Below, in pieces: positions 12,236 to 24,966 of a DNA stretch of 64,000 bases. Under the pieces are notes generated by a model. That model had not been told where the DNA came from. It made no database searches and saw only the letters and a list, made by a program, of their open reading frames with translations. The DNA is taken from the NCBI RefSeq assembly GCF_003704095.1, contig NW_020845865.1, positions 124,001 through 188,000 on the forward strand, written 5' to 3'. Every line of letters starts with the position of its first letter. Position 1 is the stretch's first letter. Source of the DNA: Pocillopora damicornis (Eukaryota). The position numbers were made by a program, and so were the translations under genes.

Positions 12236-15233
12236 GAAATTATATACCTATTATACCACGTCAAGATAACATTAGCCACAGGATATTTTCTTCCCAAACC
12301 AAAAGCATTAATGTCCTCGATTACCAAGGTGGATCCCAAATTGGTCGTTTTCCAAGCTGATGTGACAAGATTTAAGCTTCGTGGATTTTTTTAAATACCA
12401 TACTTGAAGTCTTTTTTATTCCAATTTTGAAGGGAATCGAAAAAAACCAATGTGAATCGGTTATAGGTTTACCATCATGGAGAAGAGAGGATCAGCCAAA
12501 CGTTGAAAAACTTGATTGAGCTAAAACATTTTCTGTCAACATCGCGTTTGTAGCACACAACATAGAGTGACTAAGTAAAGGCGATGTTTGATCCGGCAAA
12601 CATTGAGCAAAGTGAGCCTACGAGCGCATCGCCGCTGAATTAATTTTTCCTGTTTCACTTTTGCTCATTTGCAAAAGATGCGAAACGATCAAACATTTGC
12701 TCTTGAAGGGGGCTTAGTTAGAGAGAAGAGGTTGTGGATGCTGAAGAGATCTTTTTCAGAGGGAATACAGAAATTTAAAAATAATTTAATTAAAAAAGGG
12801 TAAACGATGACAAGAACTTGCTGCGTGCCGTTTGCCGTGAGTGCTATACTGAATAACTGAATTGGCTTGGATTCTCGAAAAGGTTACAGAAGCACTAGAG
12901 GGGTGAGAGCGACACGCACACACCCGCACAGAAAGACCAAAAAATAATTCTTACGGCAAACTGTACTGTACAGTTACCTTTCTCCTTGATTGAGGCAGAC
13001 TCGGCCATCAGCTGTAAACAGGTAAACAAAAAAAATAGGAGAAATATCTTCATGATTCAATGTTAGCAATATTCTTTCACGACTGACTTGTGGTTCGACG
13101 AAGCTCACTTCTATTCTGCTTTTGTAAAAAAGCGTCCTCATTTTATACCTCCTTATTCATGAGAGGCAGCAGGTAGAATCATATTTCCCTAAAATTTAAT
13201 TATTTTTACGAGTGATAAATTTGATAGTGATCTACTCATCATTTCTTTATCTGGTCTCATCTGAGCTGTCAATCAAGCAAACGGTAGGCACTCCCCATTT
13301 TAAGTTCTTTGAGGCATAACATGCCGAAAGTTGCAGAGTAGCTTAAATGTTCTGTATTCGAGAAGAAAAAAGATTCACTAATAAATCTATTAATAAGTGT
13401 ATTTTATTTGTCGGCTGGGATGTTTGTTTGTATTTTGAAAACAATGACCCCGGGCTCAAAGACACTTCCCCGTGCTTGCGGCCCCGGGCACCTACCAGCT
13501 GGTAAATAACATAGATTATTTCTTAAGGGAATAAATGTGGCTGAGATATTTTGTGTAATTGTCCTTCTGTTTCAATTTATATTACAATGAGAATCTCCAT
13601 TTGTGATATAATCTTTATGATTCTTATGATGATTTTGAATATAAGACATCACACAAAATTTTTACCACCTTTGCGAGCTGAGGACAAACAAATTTTGATT
13701 TATGTTTCTGACTTCCTATAAAATTGAGATTTCAGCGCCAACGAGGGAAATAATTTTTCCCACTTGGGTCTGAAACAGGACTTAAAATAATGCCTTAGTA
13801 TGCATGTTTTTCACCCCCGCATGTTTTTCTGTTTAATTCGGGGCCATTTGCGTGCGTGATAATGCCAATATGGAGAAATGATTCGACACAGCGTGCCTGG
13901 AATTTTCACCCACACATAAAATGGCCGAGGTGACCAACTTTCCGCCATTTTGTCTCCAGCACAGCATGAAGGTGATCACTCAGGATTAGTCACGGCGTGC
14001 TTTGTAGTTTTTATTTTTTATTTTTTATTTTTTATGTCAAATTTACTGCCATCGTGTCGCCAGATTTCTTTGATCACGACGTGCTTCATGGTTTTAGATC
14101 TAAAATCTCGTTTATAATCCATACGCCTCGTAAATGGAAGGCGAGAGAGGGGTGTAGGGGAGGGAAGAGAATGGGGGTGGGGGTGGGGGAGCGGAGGGGG
14201 AATACAATTTCCATGACCGTATTTTAGACCAATAAATACCATATTTCATACCAGTTTTCTAACCTTACCTCTTGAAGTGAGGCTCAATTGAGTAAAAAGG
14301 CCAATAAGATTACCGGACAACCATTACTATAGCCAGACAAAATTGATTTACTAAAGGAGAACTGAATTGTACAATTATCCTTCTCCGTGATAGAGGTACA
14401 CTTGGCTTCCAACAGTAAACAGTTGAATAATAACAATGAAGGAACTGTCTCTTCATGGCAAAATGCTGGTAGTTTTATTTCACACTTGGGTTAAGACGAA
14501 GCTCACTTCTTTTCTTTCATTGTGAAAAAGCTTTCTTATTTTATACCTTTTCATCCTTTTGATATATCTCAATTATTCCTCATGAAGAATCATCGTGGAC
14601 TCTAGGAATATCTTATTTTAGAATGGGTTTGATTTTCCACACATGACATTTGCACACACGTACTTTTGTTCGCATTTACAGCGGAAGGACAGAAATTATT
14701 TCTTTCATGGAGTATGTAAATACATTTTCTGAGTGCTATTTTACAATTTTGATCACTCGCGCAGCAACCAAAAGTACATCTCAAATTCATTTTGTGATTG
14801 ACGGGCAGGTCAGCCTATCAAATTATTTATACATTTCAGAATACGTTTTTGCGATTGGAGCTTTAATGACAGGGATAAACGAACAAGTACTATCAACAAA
14901 AGGGACTGATCAGTTAAAAATTTTCGTGCTCATTACATACAGTGATTTATGATGCTCATCCTTGGACATCAGAGGGTTCGTATTCACGCGGTGAGAATGG
15001 TCAGCAAATGTTTTCTCTAGCTCTGGAAATGGTTTACGCCGAGTAGATTGTCGACCTTCGCGCGATTTCGTAAACCAATATTTAAAAAATTATCTTCAAA
15101 AAAACTTTGCAAAAATTATTATTTTACAAAGGCTATGTGGAATAAGAAGGGGGGGGGGAGGGGTAAGGATACAGACACCTGTACCCGCACTTGCTTGCTA
15201 CGCCTGTGACCGATCGGAAATCAATTCAAAGTT

Positions 15234-15673
15234 TTACACGTAAAACATGAAAACATCTGCACAAGATTCACCCCTGTTATCAGCCTCAGATATGTCATTA
15301 TGGTCTTCCAAATACCACAATCTCAATTCCAAATCCGTCGAGACAATTTGGGGCGTTGTAAAATTGGGGAACACCAACTCCGGTGAACTGGCTGTGTTGC
15401 CTGCCATGGTGTAAAATTGAGGACCCGTAAAGTTTTCGGGAAGCTTGACTTGATTCTGGTCGTCAGTGATAAGGATTCCAAGTTTATTGTTTCTGGCGTG
15501 TCCCCATTTCGCTCCAGGAGAATTTCTTGAGTTATATAAAAGGCCAGAGACGTGAACAAGTTTAATAGCGGCAACGTATCCTACAAACTGAGGTGACACA
15601 CGCCCAAAGGCATCTCCTTTAGCACCAATACAGACTGGTCCCCGGACGTTCAGTTTAACCCATCCTGTACCGC
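15234..15673 (-). CDS. Same gene, exon 3: uncharacterised C-terminal domain (WVKLNVRGPVCIGAKGD...ELRLWYLED...ESCADVFMFYV*)
   Basis: Acceptor ttctttttcag|GC completes a phase-1 Gly codon and reads open to the stop at 15234. Total CDS 924 nt = 307 aa. Confidence 0.88.
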
Positions 15674-15875
15674 CTGAAAAAGAATAAGTTAAGAACTCCG
15701 TAAAGATAGGGTAAAAACCATATGTTTACGTATTGAACCAGATCCCGAAAAAGCTTAATCGGTTCACAGTTGTGTTTGTTTATTTCCTCGTTTGCTTGCT
15801 TTTGAGTTTTTTCTCTCGTTTCTTTTGAAAATCAAATGTTGAAGAAAATACATATTTGGCAAAATGCTCCCTTAC

Positions 15876-15993
15876 CAATTTCACAGAATTGTCCTTCAAG
15901 GCCAGGGGCACATTCACAGGTAAAATTGCTGCTTGTGCTGTGTTGATGACATGTCCCCCTGCGCAAACAAGGTTGACTGAAGCATGGCGCAGG
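15876..15993 (-). CDS. Same gene, exon 2: EGF-like domain (not shown in this frame in the ORF track)
   Basis: Acceptor ccttttaag|, translation PAPCFSQPCLRRGTCHQHSTSSNFTCECAPGLEGQFCEI (6 Cys, CxC..G..G..CE), donor G|gtaagg; 118 nt, phase 0 to 1. Confidence 0.92.
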
Positions 15994-16479
15994 CTTAAAA
16001 GGAATGTTTTAAAGGCGATGAAAAGGCGCCACAAAAAGTAGGGAAATTCCAAAATGCAGCTTAGATACAAAGAGCTGACATAATTTGAAAAAGAGTAAGA
16101 ACCAAACACAGAGGTACAGTACAAAAATAAAAACAAAAACAAAAAAAGGAACTGTAAAAAAAAATTATAGAGGAATTATTACAGAGGCAAACAAGAGAGG
16201 ATGACACTTGAAAATCTGAAATACGCTTACCGAGATATTATGATTAATCCTTTGAAAAGTGTTTTTTTAATTCTATTTACCTTGGTGGGATCAAAACGAA
16301 ACTGTCTTTACAAATGAAAAGTTTGCCGGACTGAGAAATGACGGAGAGAAAATGAATAATTTTGTTTTATCTGAAAACAAAATGTGAAAAAAGACAGAGT
16401 TTTGGATCTCGATCGAAATGACGCTGTTCAAGAAGAAAGCTTGCATTAAACAATCCTTTCAAAGAATAAAAATACTTAC

Positions 16480-16845
16480 CACTGTCGTGAAGTGGTTGAA
16501 ATAGTTGCTTGGTCCAAAGTGCTCAGACTTTCCTTCCTTATTAGTGGACAGCAGCTGGCAGAGTCGACGGTTCTCAGAGTTAGAATGGATGGCCACATTG
16601 ATAGAGAAGCAGTGAGGGGTGATTAGGCAAAGATCCTGGCAATCTTCAGGTGTCTCGGTGGAGTGTGATTCCATGGCGGAAACATTTAGAAGGCTATGCA
16701 AATACACAACGAAATTTGAAAAGACTATTTGTTCACCGCTCACAGATTTGAACATTTCAACATTAGAATCTTGGCCATGGAGCACTGAAGAAATACCAGA
16801 GGCAACCCAAATAAAGCCAACAAACTTCAAAGAAACGAGAGTCAT
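16480..16845 (-). CDS. Secreted PAN/Apple-EGF-unnamed-domain protein, exon 1 (signal peptide + PAN/Apple domain)
   Basis: Hydrophobic N-terminus MTLVSLKFVGFIWVASGISSVLHG; PAN pattern CQDLC...CFSIN...CQLL; donor GTG|gtaagt after 122 codons (phase 0). Confidence 0.88.
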
Positions 16846-18450
16846 TTTGATCGCAACTTTGAAATCTCAACTTGATAATAACTTTATATTGGTATCCGCT
16901 GTTGGTTTTGTAATTTGTTAAACTATGCATAATTAGAGTGATATGTGTAAAATATAATAGATTTCTCAATTCGAAATTAGTTCCTCGCGACGTTAATCGT
17001 CATACTTCAAAAGCAACGTTCTTAAAAATGTTTGTATTTGTGAAAATAAGCTGGATGCAATTTTCTCTCAAGATAGCCTCGCCCTTCTGCTCCCTTACGA
17101 TTTTATACACCAAATATTTTGTTTACCCACTTGAGCTGAAATTAAATGCATAAAAGGAATAATTCAGCGATAATTACGAAGTGATAAATGATTTCTAGTG
17201 TCGATTTAAATTGCAGGAATATTGTAATTGACCCAGGATATATTGTTGGATTTTGAATTGAGGCGCAACCCTACTGATTAAATGTGTCGTTGTTTTTCTC
17301 AAGGGTAACAATTGTGCAGTTATATGTTGTTTAGTTGTAAAATAACTATTGTAGAGTTGTATCATTAAGCTCTAGGTAAAATAATTGGTAAAACTGCACT
17401 GCATTTTATCGTTAATAGTAAAAACATGAGTGAGGGCTTCGAATAAAAAAAATGCTTTTCACAGAAATATTTTAAAGCCTAACTTGACATGATTATCTAC
17501 AGGACTTGTGTACCCATTAATCACTTCACTTTACATCCAAGTGTAAAATGTCAGATATTTACATAAGGCAATAAAAGTGATTACACAGTGATTAAGGCGT
17601 AACTTGAGCTATTATCTATTCTAGTAAACTCTTCTCAATTATTAGAAAACATTCTACCCTGAGAGTTAAAATTGAGTGAGGTCGTATTAGCTAAGATGAT
17701 AATCATGATAAGTGTATACTAAAACAGTGAATAGCGTTGGAAGGTGTGTTCTGATTGGCTACTCTAACTCCGAATATCCTCTGCTATTCACTTCCGAGGA
17801 ACTCGATTGTGATGTGCACTATTTTTGTGTCGTATTATCTTCGGTTTAGTATACACTAAAACAATGGTTCACCTCAGTGTCGGTGGCTAACCGACTTAAG
17901 TGCGGTATTTCCTTCCGACATTTGTCTTCGCAAACTCATTTAACCACCAGATCGGTCCTTCACTTGTTTTAAATTTGGTGGATTTTCCTTCATGCTGGCC
18001 TCGATATACTGCTGTTTTGTAAGGAAGTCGGCCAAGAACTTGAATTTTAAGGAGGATGATTCCACAGGGCAAGTCTGGAATTACATTCGTTCCCCTCGTC
18101 AACGTTTGTCCAGCTTTAATGTACTAATTAAATTCTTTTTAAGGATCCTATTTCTTTTTCATCTTTTTGGTACAGAGGATATTACGTGGCTGCCGGCGTG
18201 GAAAAGAATTTTATCATAGATACTAGTGGCTTTGGTAAGGATTAAGTCAATAACTGAGAATTTTTTGATATTGAAAATTATGTCCATTGTTTGTTTTTGT
18301 AGCGTTTCAACGCATTTTTTCATTTAAGCCTTAGCACCAACGCACTGTTCGGTTGTTATTCAGGGATTGTCCATCCTTTTATTTTCATTCATTCACAAGG
18401 TGGTCCTTTCTTGTCAGTAAAGGGCTATTGTGTTTATATGATGAAAAAAA

Positions 18451-18588
18451 TAATACACGGTTGCTTGTAGATATGAAATTTCTCTTCTCGTGTTCAACTC
18501 AACATCTCACTCGTTCGCTGCGCTCTCTCGTGAGCTATCGAGTAAAACACTCGAAGAGAAATTCCATATCCACGCGCACCATCTATTA
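18451..18588. repeat. Imperfect hairpin element just 3' of GPCR no. 2
   Basis: gatatgaaatttctcttc.cgtgtt / aacactcgaagagaaattccatatc, with central cgttcgctgcgct. Confidence 0.8.
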
Positions 18589-18779
18589 CATTCTCTATCT
18601 ATCTTCAAGTATTAACAACTCCTCTAACTTCTCATCAGTGATCTATTACTAAACAGAGGCACAGTAACATGGCATCTGTTTGTTAATGAGTAGCTTCTAA
18701 AGTTTTTGGCTTGATACAAATGTTAGGGGCAACCGCAGACCGTGATCAACAGGTAAAACTTTTTTTTAAGTAAAACGTT

Positions 18780-19895
18780 TTACACACTACTTGATTTACT
18801 GTTTACTAGTAATTCTAGAGTTTCTTTGTTAATAACAACTTCTTCTGCCGTAGAACGTCGAGGCCTTGTCTGATCATTACTGTTCCGTCGTGAAATGCGA
18901 ATGTTAAAATAACTGGAAAATGAATTAGAAAAGCTGCGCTTCTTTCGGCGGCAAATTTTCAGAAATACGCTTCTAAACTCGCGACTTCTCCAGCAATAAA
19001 TTATGGGATTCAAAAAGGACGAAGTGAAAGTCAGAACCTTCACTAAAGCATTGACAAGACTCTGTTTGGCTTTGAATGCTTCAGAGAAGCATTGCGGACA
19101 GGTTTTCTGCAGGAAATAATAGAAACAGGATGGAAACCAGCACACCACAAAGACGCCAATCACAATCATGATGGTAATGTTAGCTCGGCGTTCTTTGTGA
19201 TTCTTGGCGGAATTTTTACTGTTGTGGGATAGCTGCCTACTGTTCTTTGACATTTTTTTGACATGGGATTGGGCTGTTAGATACATGAGACTGTAGCAAA
19301 TCACAATGACAAGAAATGGAGTAATTACATTGGATATGATGACCATAATGCTCCACCAGCGAGTCGGACTGTAGCTGCATTCCCTATACGGATTGTTTGG
19401 TTCCCATGGGAAGAAAGGAAGCGACGAAACCAGAAGGGCGTCCACCCATGCAAAGACCAGTGCCAGCACTACTCGACGACGTGAGACAATAGTTACGTGG
19501 TTCAGCGGATTTCTCACTGCGATAAGGCGCTCCACGCTGATGACTGATAAACTTAGAATGGAAGCGTAACCCGTCAGGAAATACGAAGAACGAAAAATAT
19601 CGCATACAATTGTCTGCGTTGGTTCATCCCATGTAAACTTTTTCAAGATGTAACTTGGCATGGCAACCAGGCCTGCTAAAGAGTCCGCGATCGCCAGGCT
19701 GAAAATTGACAAGTAGGTCACATGACGCAAGGCAGGATGATTGTAGATGGCAAAGCATATCACGCAGTTCCCGAGGACAGTGCTAAATGACAGAAACGCT
19801 AAAATTACGACCAGCGGTGTTCTTGGCACCTCAGTATAGCCATTTTCTTGTATGAGGTTAATAGGCGGTATGACTGTGCTGTTTGACATCTGCAT
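18780..19895 (-). CDS. Rhodopsin-like class A GPCR, paralog of 2685-3833, intronless CDS, 371 aa
   Basis: GN, LAIAD, ERL, CWFP and NPIIY motifs. Shares blocks with the first GPCR (AMPSYILKKF, SYFLTGYASILSLSVISVERL, PTRWWSIMVI, KTCPQCFS); 42/62 identical over TM1-TM2. Confidence 0.95.
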   Translation of the reverse strand: MQMSNSTVIPPINLIQENGYTEVPRTPLVVILAFLSFSTVLGNCVICFAIYNHPALRHVTYLSIFSLAIADSLAGLVAMPSYILKKFTWDEPTQTIVCDIFRSSYFLTGYASILSLSVISVERLIAVRNPLNHVTIVSRRRVVLALVFAWVDALLVSSLPFFPWEPNNPYRECSYSPTRWWSIMVIISNVITPFLVIVICYSLMYLTAQSHVKKMSKNSRQLSHNSKNSAKNHKERRANITIMIVIGVFVVCWFPSCFYYFLQKTCPQCFSEAFKAKQSLVNALVKVLTFTSSFLNPIIYCWRSREFRSVFLKICRRKKRSFSNSFSSYFNIRISRRNSNDQTRPRRSTAEEVVINKETLELLVNSKSSSV

Positions 19896-20324
19896 GCTGC
19901 TGACGAAATGAAAAGAGGGATTTAAAGAGGTTCATGAACTCATTAGAACCGTTCAAGATGCACCAATGCACTCGATTAATGTAAGAGAATAATATTCCTC
20001 AATTGATACTTAAAACTGATATAGATTCAGGAAATTGGATTTGAGTCAAAGAAGCCGAAATCTTAACCTCTACTTAGTTAAGGTGTAAAATGAATCTAGA
20101 CTAATTTCAATGTTAGTTCTCACCTCGGTAACAAATCCCTTTAACTTTGGAATTTACCTAGCTCAAGTCGAGGACTGAAAAGTGGAGTGGAGGACTAAAA
20201 GTACATATATGCGTCACTCCGTGGGCAGTAATATTTGCGATATCATAGTTTAAATTTAAATTTCAGCTCGTGTAACTTGCTTTTGGTTCAAAATTTACGA
20301 AGGTCCTTTGTAATGTTTCAAATT

Positions 20325-20583
20325 ATAAAATAATTCAAATAGTACGCGCGCTCTGATTGGCCATAAAACCATTTTACATGAGCGTATGCAAACACGGTTT
20401 TCGTTCCTCTTTCATTAGTTATTTTATAAAAGAAATGTAAAATGATTTCCGTGTTTACACGATAAGCTGGAAACCACTCCGCTTCGCGTCGTGGTTTCCT
20501 ACGCTTATCTCGTGTTCTCCCAACCTCCCGCGTGTTTACATCAGGCTATGTAAACACGGAAACCATTTTACATTTCTTCATTA
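20325..20583. mobile_element. CCAAT-box plus subterminal inverted-repeat hairpin element
   Basis: 30-bp arms 20430-20459 / 20549-20578 (29/30 match), central ccactccgcttcgcgtcgtgg, upstream tctgattggc. Confidence 0.7.
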
Positions 20584-23500
20584 TAATTCGGGTAGCTTGG
20601 ATGGATTGCACGCGATAAAAAAATATGAGATTGAATCTAGAGTCTTAAAAATGCAGTTCTCGAAAAGAAAGATAGATTCGTGTCATAAAATTGAAAATCC
20701 AGTAATCCATCTGTCGATGCTGACGTCGATACTTTGCTTCGAAAGAACGTGTGTAAAAATGTTCGATTGCATGCGTAAATTTTCGTCGTAAAATTATAGA
20801 GGAATGTTATAATCCGTTTTAGTTGTAAGGTGTCGTTGCGTGAAAGGTGTTGATCTCGGGTAACTGGAGTAGCCTTTGAGTGTTCAGTGATTTGTAGAAC
20901 AGCAGATATTTAAAGTTGTTTCCGGACAAATTGATTTAGATGCAATGTTTTCTGAAGGTCACAAAATGAAAAGCAAACAAGTTTTAAATTTGCTTAGTTC
21001 AGGCAGTCCTCATTGCGACTTCATCGAACATTTTTCAGTAAAGAAAATTTCTTAAGGATGATCTTAGTGAATTCGTGGACAATCACTTTCACAAAGGCCT
21101 CTAACTGACTTCAACTGCATAGCACCTAAGCCTGATTGATTCTATAAACGATTTCGTTGCTACACTATACCTTAATTTTCCGTGAATCTCCAAATACTCT
21201 TCCCCTGATCAGTGATTCAACTCAGTAAGAAGCTCTATGGCTTAACACACCACTGAATTGTCTAACTTGGGAAATTAACTGACACCAATATGATATTTCC
21301 TGCTAAGTCGTGTCAAGAATATCGGACGCAGGCTTTTGATCAACAAAGGAAACTTTGATCCACAAACATGATAGCAGAACTTGACCTTTTGTTCTAAAAA
21401 TGTAATAACCTGCAAACACTCTCGATGTGAGTATCAATTTCAAACTGACTTAAATGCCTTTGGCTATAAAGCGTGTTCCGACAGCGATTGTTTAGCCGTC
21501 CCAGCGATGATTTGCGGTGCCCACGCTCCATTTTCCTTGGCAAATTATGCGCAAATTCTTGTTTGGTGGAACCAAAAATCTATAAGCCGACGTACGAAGA
21601 TGTTGACCTGAATCTTTTAAACAAACAAACAAACAAAAAAGCACTTGCTTTTTCTTCTCGAGAAGCGATAACTTAACTCGAGTGTAAAGTTGTATGACGA
21701 AATTTCGTGTCGGTTTTCTTGCCATAGGGATGGCACTCTTCACTCATCAGATTTAGAGCTGAGTTGTGAACGTGACATCTAAAACTGCTTGTATAATGAT
21801 TTGTAGGTGCTATATGGCTTTTATGGTAACCCTGAGTTCAGGTAGGAACGTATGTATACCGTCATCGGACGTAAGTAGTTGGAACTAGCATCTTTGGGAG
21901 ACCACACACGCTCTTCTATCGCCGCTCACCCCTCTTCCAATATATTCAACTGCCAGTTTGTACACGGTATTTCGGAGATCACTTTAGGAGGGTTAGGGAA
22001 GTAGCAAATGTCTGAAAGCTTGATGAAAGACCAATAGCATTTGTTTGATTCAATATCAATCAAATTTATAATGCGTAGCTCTTTTAAGCGATCATGACCG
22101 ATCATGACTTGACTTTAAGGTTTTATATCCTTTCCTTCTTAGTGATAAAGTTATAAATTTGATCTGCAACAGTTTAGAACTCTCAAACAGAAAGATGAAA
22201 ATTATCATCTAGATGACAATTTCTTGATAGATCACTAAATGTTCATGAAAAGCTAACAAAGAACTGTGTTATGAGAGTATAATCATCAGTTTGGAAGATT
22301 GTGATCATTAGTTAGGAAGATTGCGCTCAATATTTCAAGCAAAATTGTTGAACACTTGAAGTTCCTTATCTAATTTTATGAGACAATTTTATGTCCTTTT
22401 GACTTGACTCACAACAGCTGATAACAGTCGCATAAACAGTGAAATGCAAACAGGAAAATAGCTTGATTTGTCATACACAGCGAGTTATAAGTCAGATATG
22501 GAACTATATGGAACTATATGACTCCAAGTGTTCCGGTAGAAATGCTTTACCGCCGAGTTGCCTAATTATGCCATTGAAGCTCATAAGTTATCAGCGCTCT
22601 GTTGGTCGACTTAGTTAGTAAAAGGTTCCGCTGGTCTTACATTTGAAATTAAATTTTCACCCGTCGTTTGGAATAGAAATCCATCAGTTTAATATTTTTC
22701 AAAACTTTCTACGGTCTGTACTTTACTGCATTCGGTCTACATGCAACTATATAATCGATCAATACGTCTGGAATGCTATCAAACTGACATCAGATATTAT
22801 GCAAGTATTTGACAACAGTTTCAATTCTGAGACTCATGATTGCTAGTCTACCATATCAACAACGAAAAAAAAAACTACGACGATTTTGGGCGGTAAACAA
22901 CTGCGATAAAGTAGATTTTTTATACAGAGACGCACAGAAAGCAGAAACTGGATATATTTGTCTATCGATCATTTCCCATGCGCGCTGAAGAGGAATTAAA
23001 CGAAGTTAGTTTGATAAATTCGTATAACAGCAAAGATTGCTCAACTCTTACCAAGGCAGTTACTCTGTAGTGGTATTAGACGAACAGATTTGGACACAAA
23101 CTACTCACAGTTTTCCACTCCAGATGTTCGACATCTTCTCTCCTTGATGTTTTTAGACATATTTTATATTAGATCGACATTTGTCAACCTCACCTAGATT
23201 TTTCTAGTAGAGAAGTATTGAAGTGCGTGGGATGTTAAGCGAATTACACACTTGAAAGTACTTAACCAACAAATGGTTAGAAGAGGCCACTAGCCTCTTA
23301 TTATCGAATGAAATATTAAAGTACTTGAAAGCACGTCAATTATTTTCATGCAAAGCATCACATATTAACAATGTATTGTTATGTAAATCGCCGATGCACA
23401 GCAATTTATTTGTTACCAAATTGTGCCTTTAAATAAAGCGTCTGCATTGTTTAAAGGGTTTATTTCTTCAGACAAAACATATCATTAACTTTGCTCTTTT

Positions 23501-24757
23501 GTGATACACATTGAAAATACTTCAGTCTTTCTGAAAACGACGATATAGTTACATTGTTCGATAAGTGCTGTGTGTCAGCCATTTTATTACTTCATCTGAA
23601 GAAGGTGAGAGGTTTCGTATGGTGGTTTCCTTCGAAGAGAATCACCCAAGGGTACTTACTGTCAGAGAATGTTCAAGAAAGATGTGGAGACAACGAGCCG
23701 TTTTTTTGGATGAGATCATTTAATAAACGCGATATATTTGGTTTTCAGGTCTATAAAAAGACTGAAAAGCTATTGGTGTTTGTCTGGTGTTTCCTGTTTA
23801 TTGTAAATACCTTGAGTATGTAATTTAACTTTTAATTTTTAGAAATTTAAGCCAATGCCAAGCAAAAATAATTGTTAGAATTAGTTAATTTCTAATTTTC
23901 TTCTTTATCTTTCAGAAACAGTCCTAAAACATCGACACGTACATGTTTCTTGAATGTCTCAGATTATCAACTATTCAGTTCTGAGATAGGATTCATGCAG
24001 AAGATGATCATAAACTTTACGGAATCTTATTATGAAGACTTCACTCAATATTAAATTAATTCATCGACGCAGTCAAAAACGATTTTAAAAAACATGAATA
24101 TAAGATGCTATGCTTTGTCACTCTATAAAGAGTCCAACCTTTAAATCGACCACCACAATTAAGTAATTAGACGAGAAGCTTTAAGCAGAAACACAGAGAC
24201 CAAGTTCAATGGAGAGAGGCAGCTTAACATTTTTTTAAAGAAAACGCTTCTTTACAAATACAACCCTGCAACGCAAACAAACGATTGGATTTTTAAACGG
24301 AATGTAAATGTAGCGAGATTCGAAAATTGTACTAAGAAATAAAATTTCCCCAACGCATATCATTTTTCAAAACGTATATTCAAAGTTACCTTAAGTGGTA
24401 TTTTCCACGAGGTAAAAACCCCAAATATCTACATGAGCTGTTTTCATTTTACATTTGCCTTTTTTGTGACAGGATATCACGCTGTACTGACCTTTCGTTG
24501 AATTAAAATTCTGCTTACATTCTTCTGCTCTCACCCTGATCTACTGATTTAGCCAGATGCATGCAGACCCCCTGCGTAAATTTGTGATATCACTCCTCAC
24601 AGCTGTGACGCCCTGTTTATGACCATATTCGCGCTAACTGATTACTCACCACTGACAAAAAATAACTTTCTATTTTAATATTAATCACGTATGACCTTGA
24701 CCACATTTGAGACGGCGGATGATACATGACCAATTTATCATTGCAGGTTAACTGCAA

Positions 24758-24966
24758 TTAACCCTTTAACTCCCATGAGTGACCAAGACAGAATTTCTTC
24801 TTACAATATCAATACAATATCAAACAGATAAGTGACGAGAATAAAGAAAACTATCATTTTGGGGATAATTAATTGATCCAATACTAAATCTCTGAAGTAA
24901 CATTATCAGAATAGTATGGTTGACAGTGAGGAGAATTACAAATTTGATCTGGGATTTAAAATGTAA
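24758..24966 (+). mobile_element. TTAA-CCC-type (piggyBac-like) MITE
   Basis: Starts ttaaccctttaactccc; homologous to the reverse copy at 32331-32534 (gtgaccaagacagaatttct, caatatcaa.cagataagtgacgaga). Confidence 0.7.

Noticed and set aside
913-14952. Numerous 60-130-aa intergenic ORFs here and throughout the window
   Set aside because: Many start at non-ATG codons, have AT-rich Phe/Lys/Leu-biased composition and show no motifs; expected by chance.
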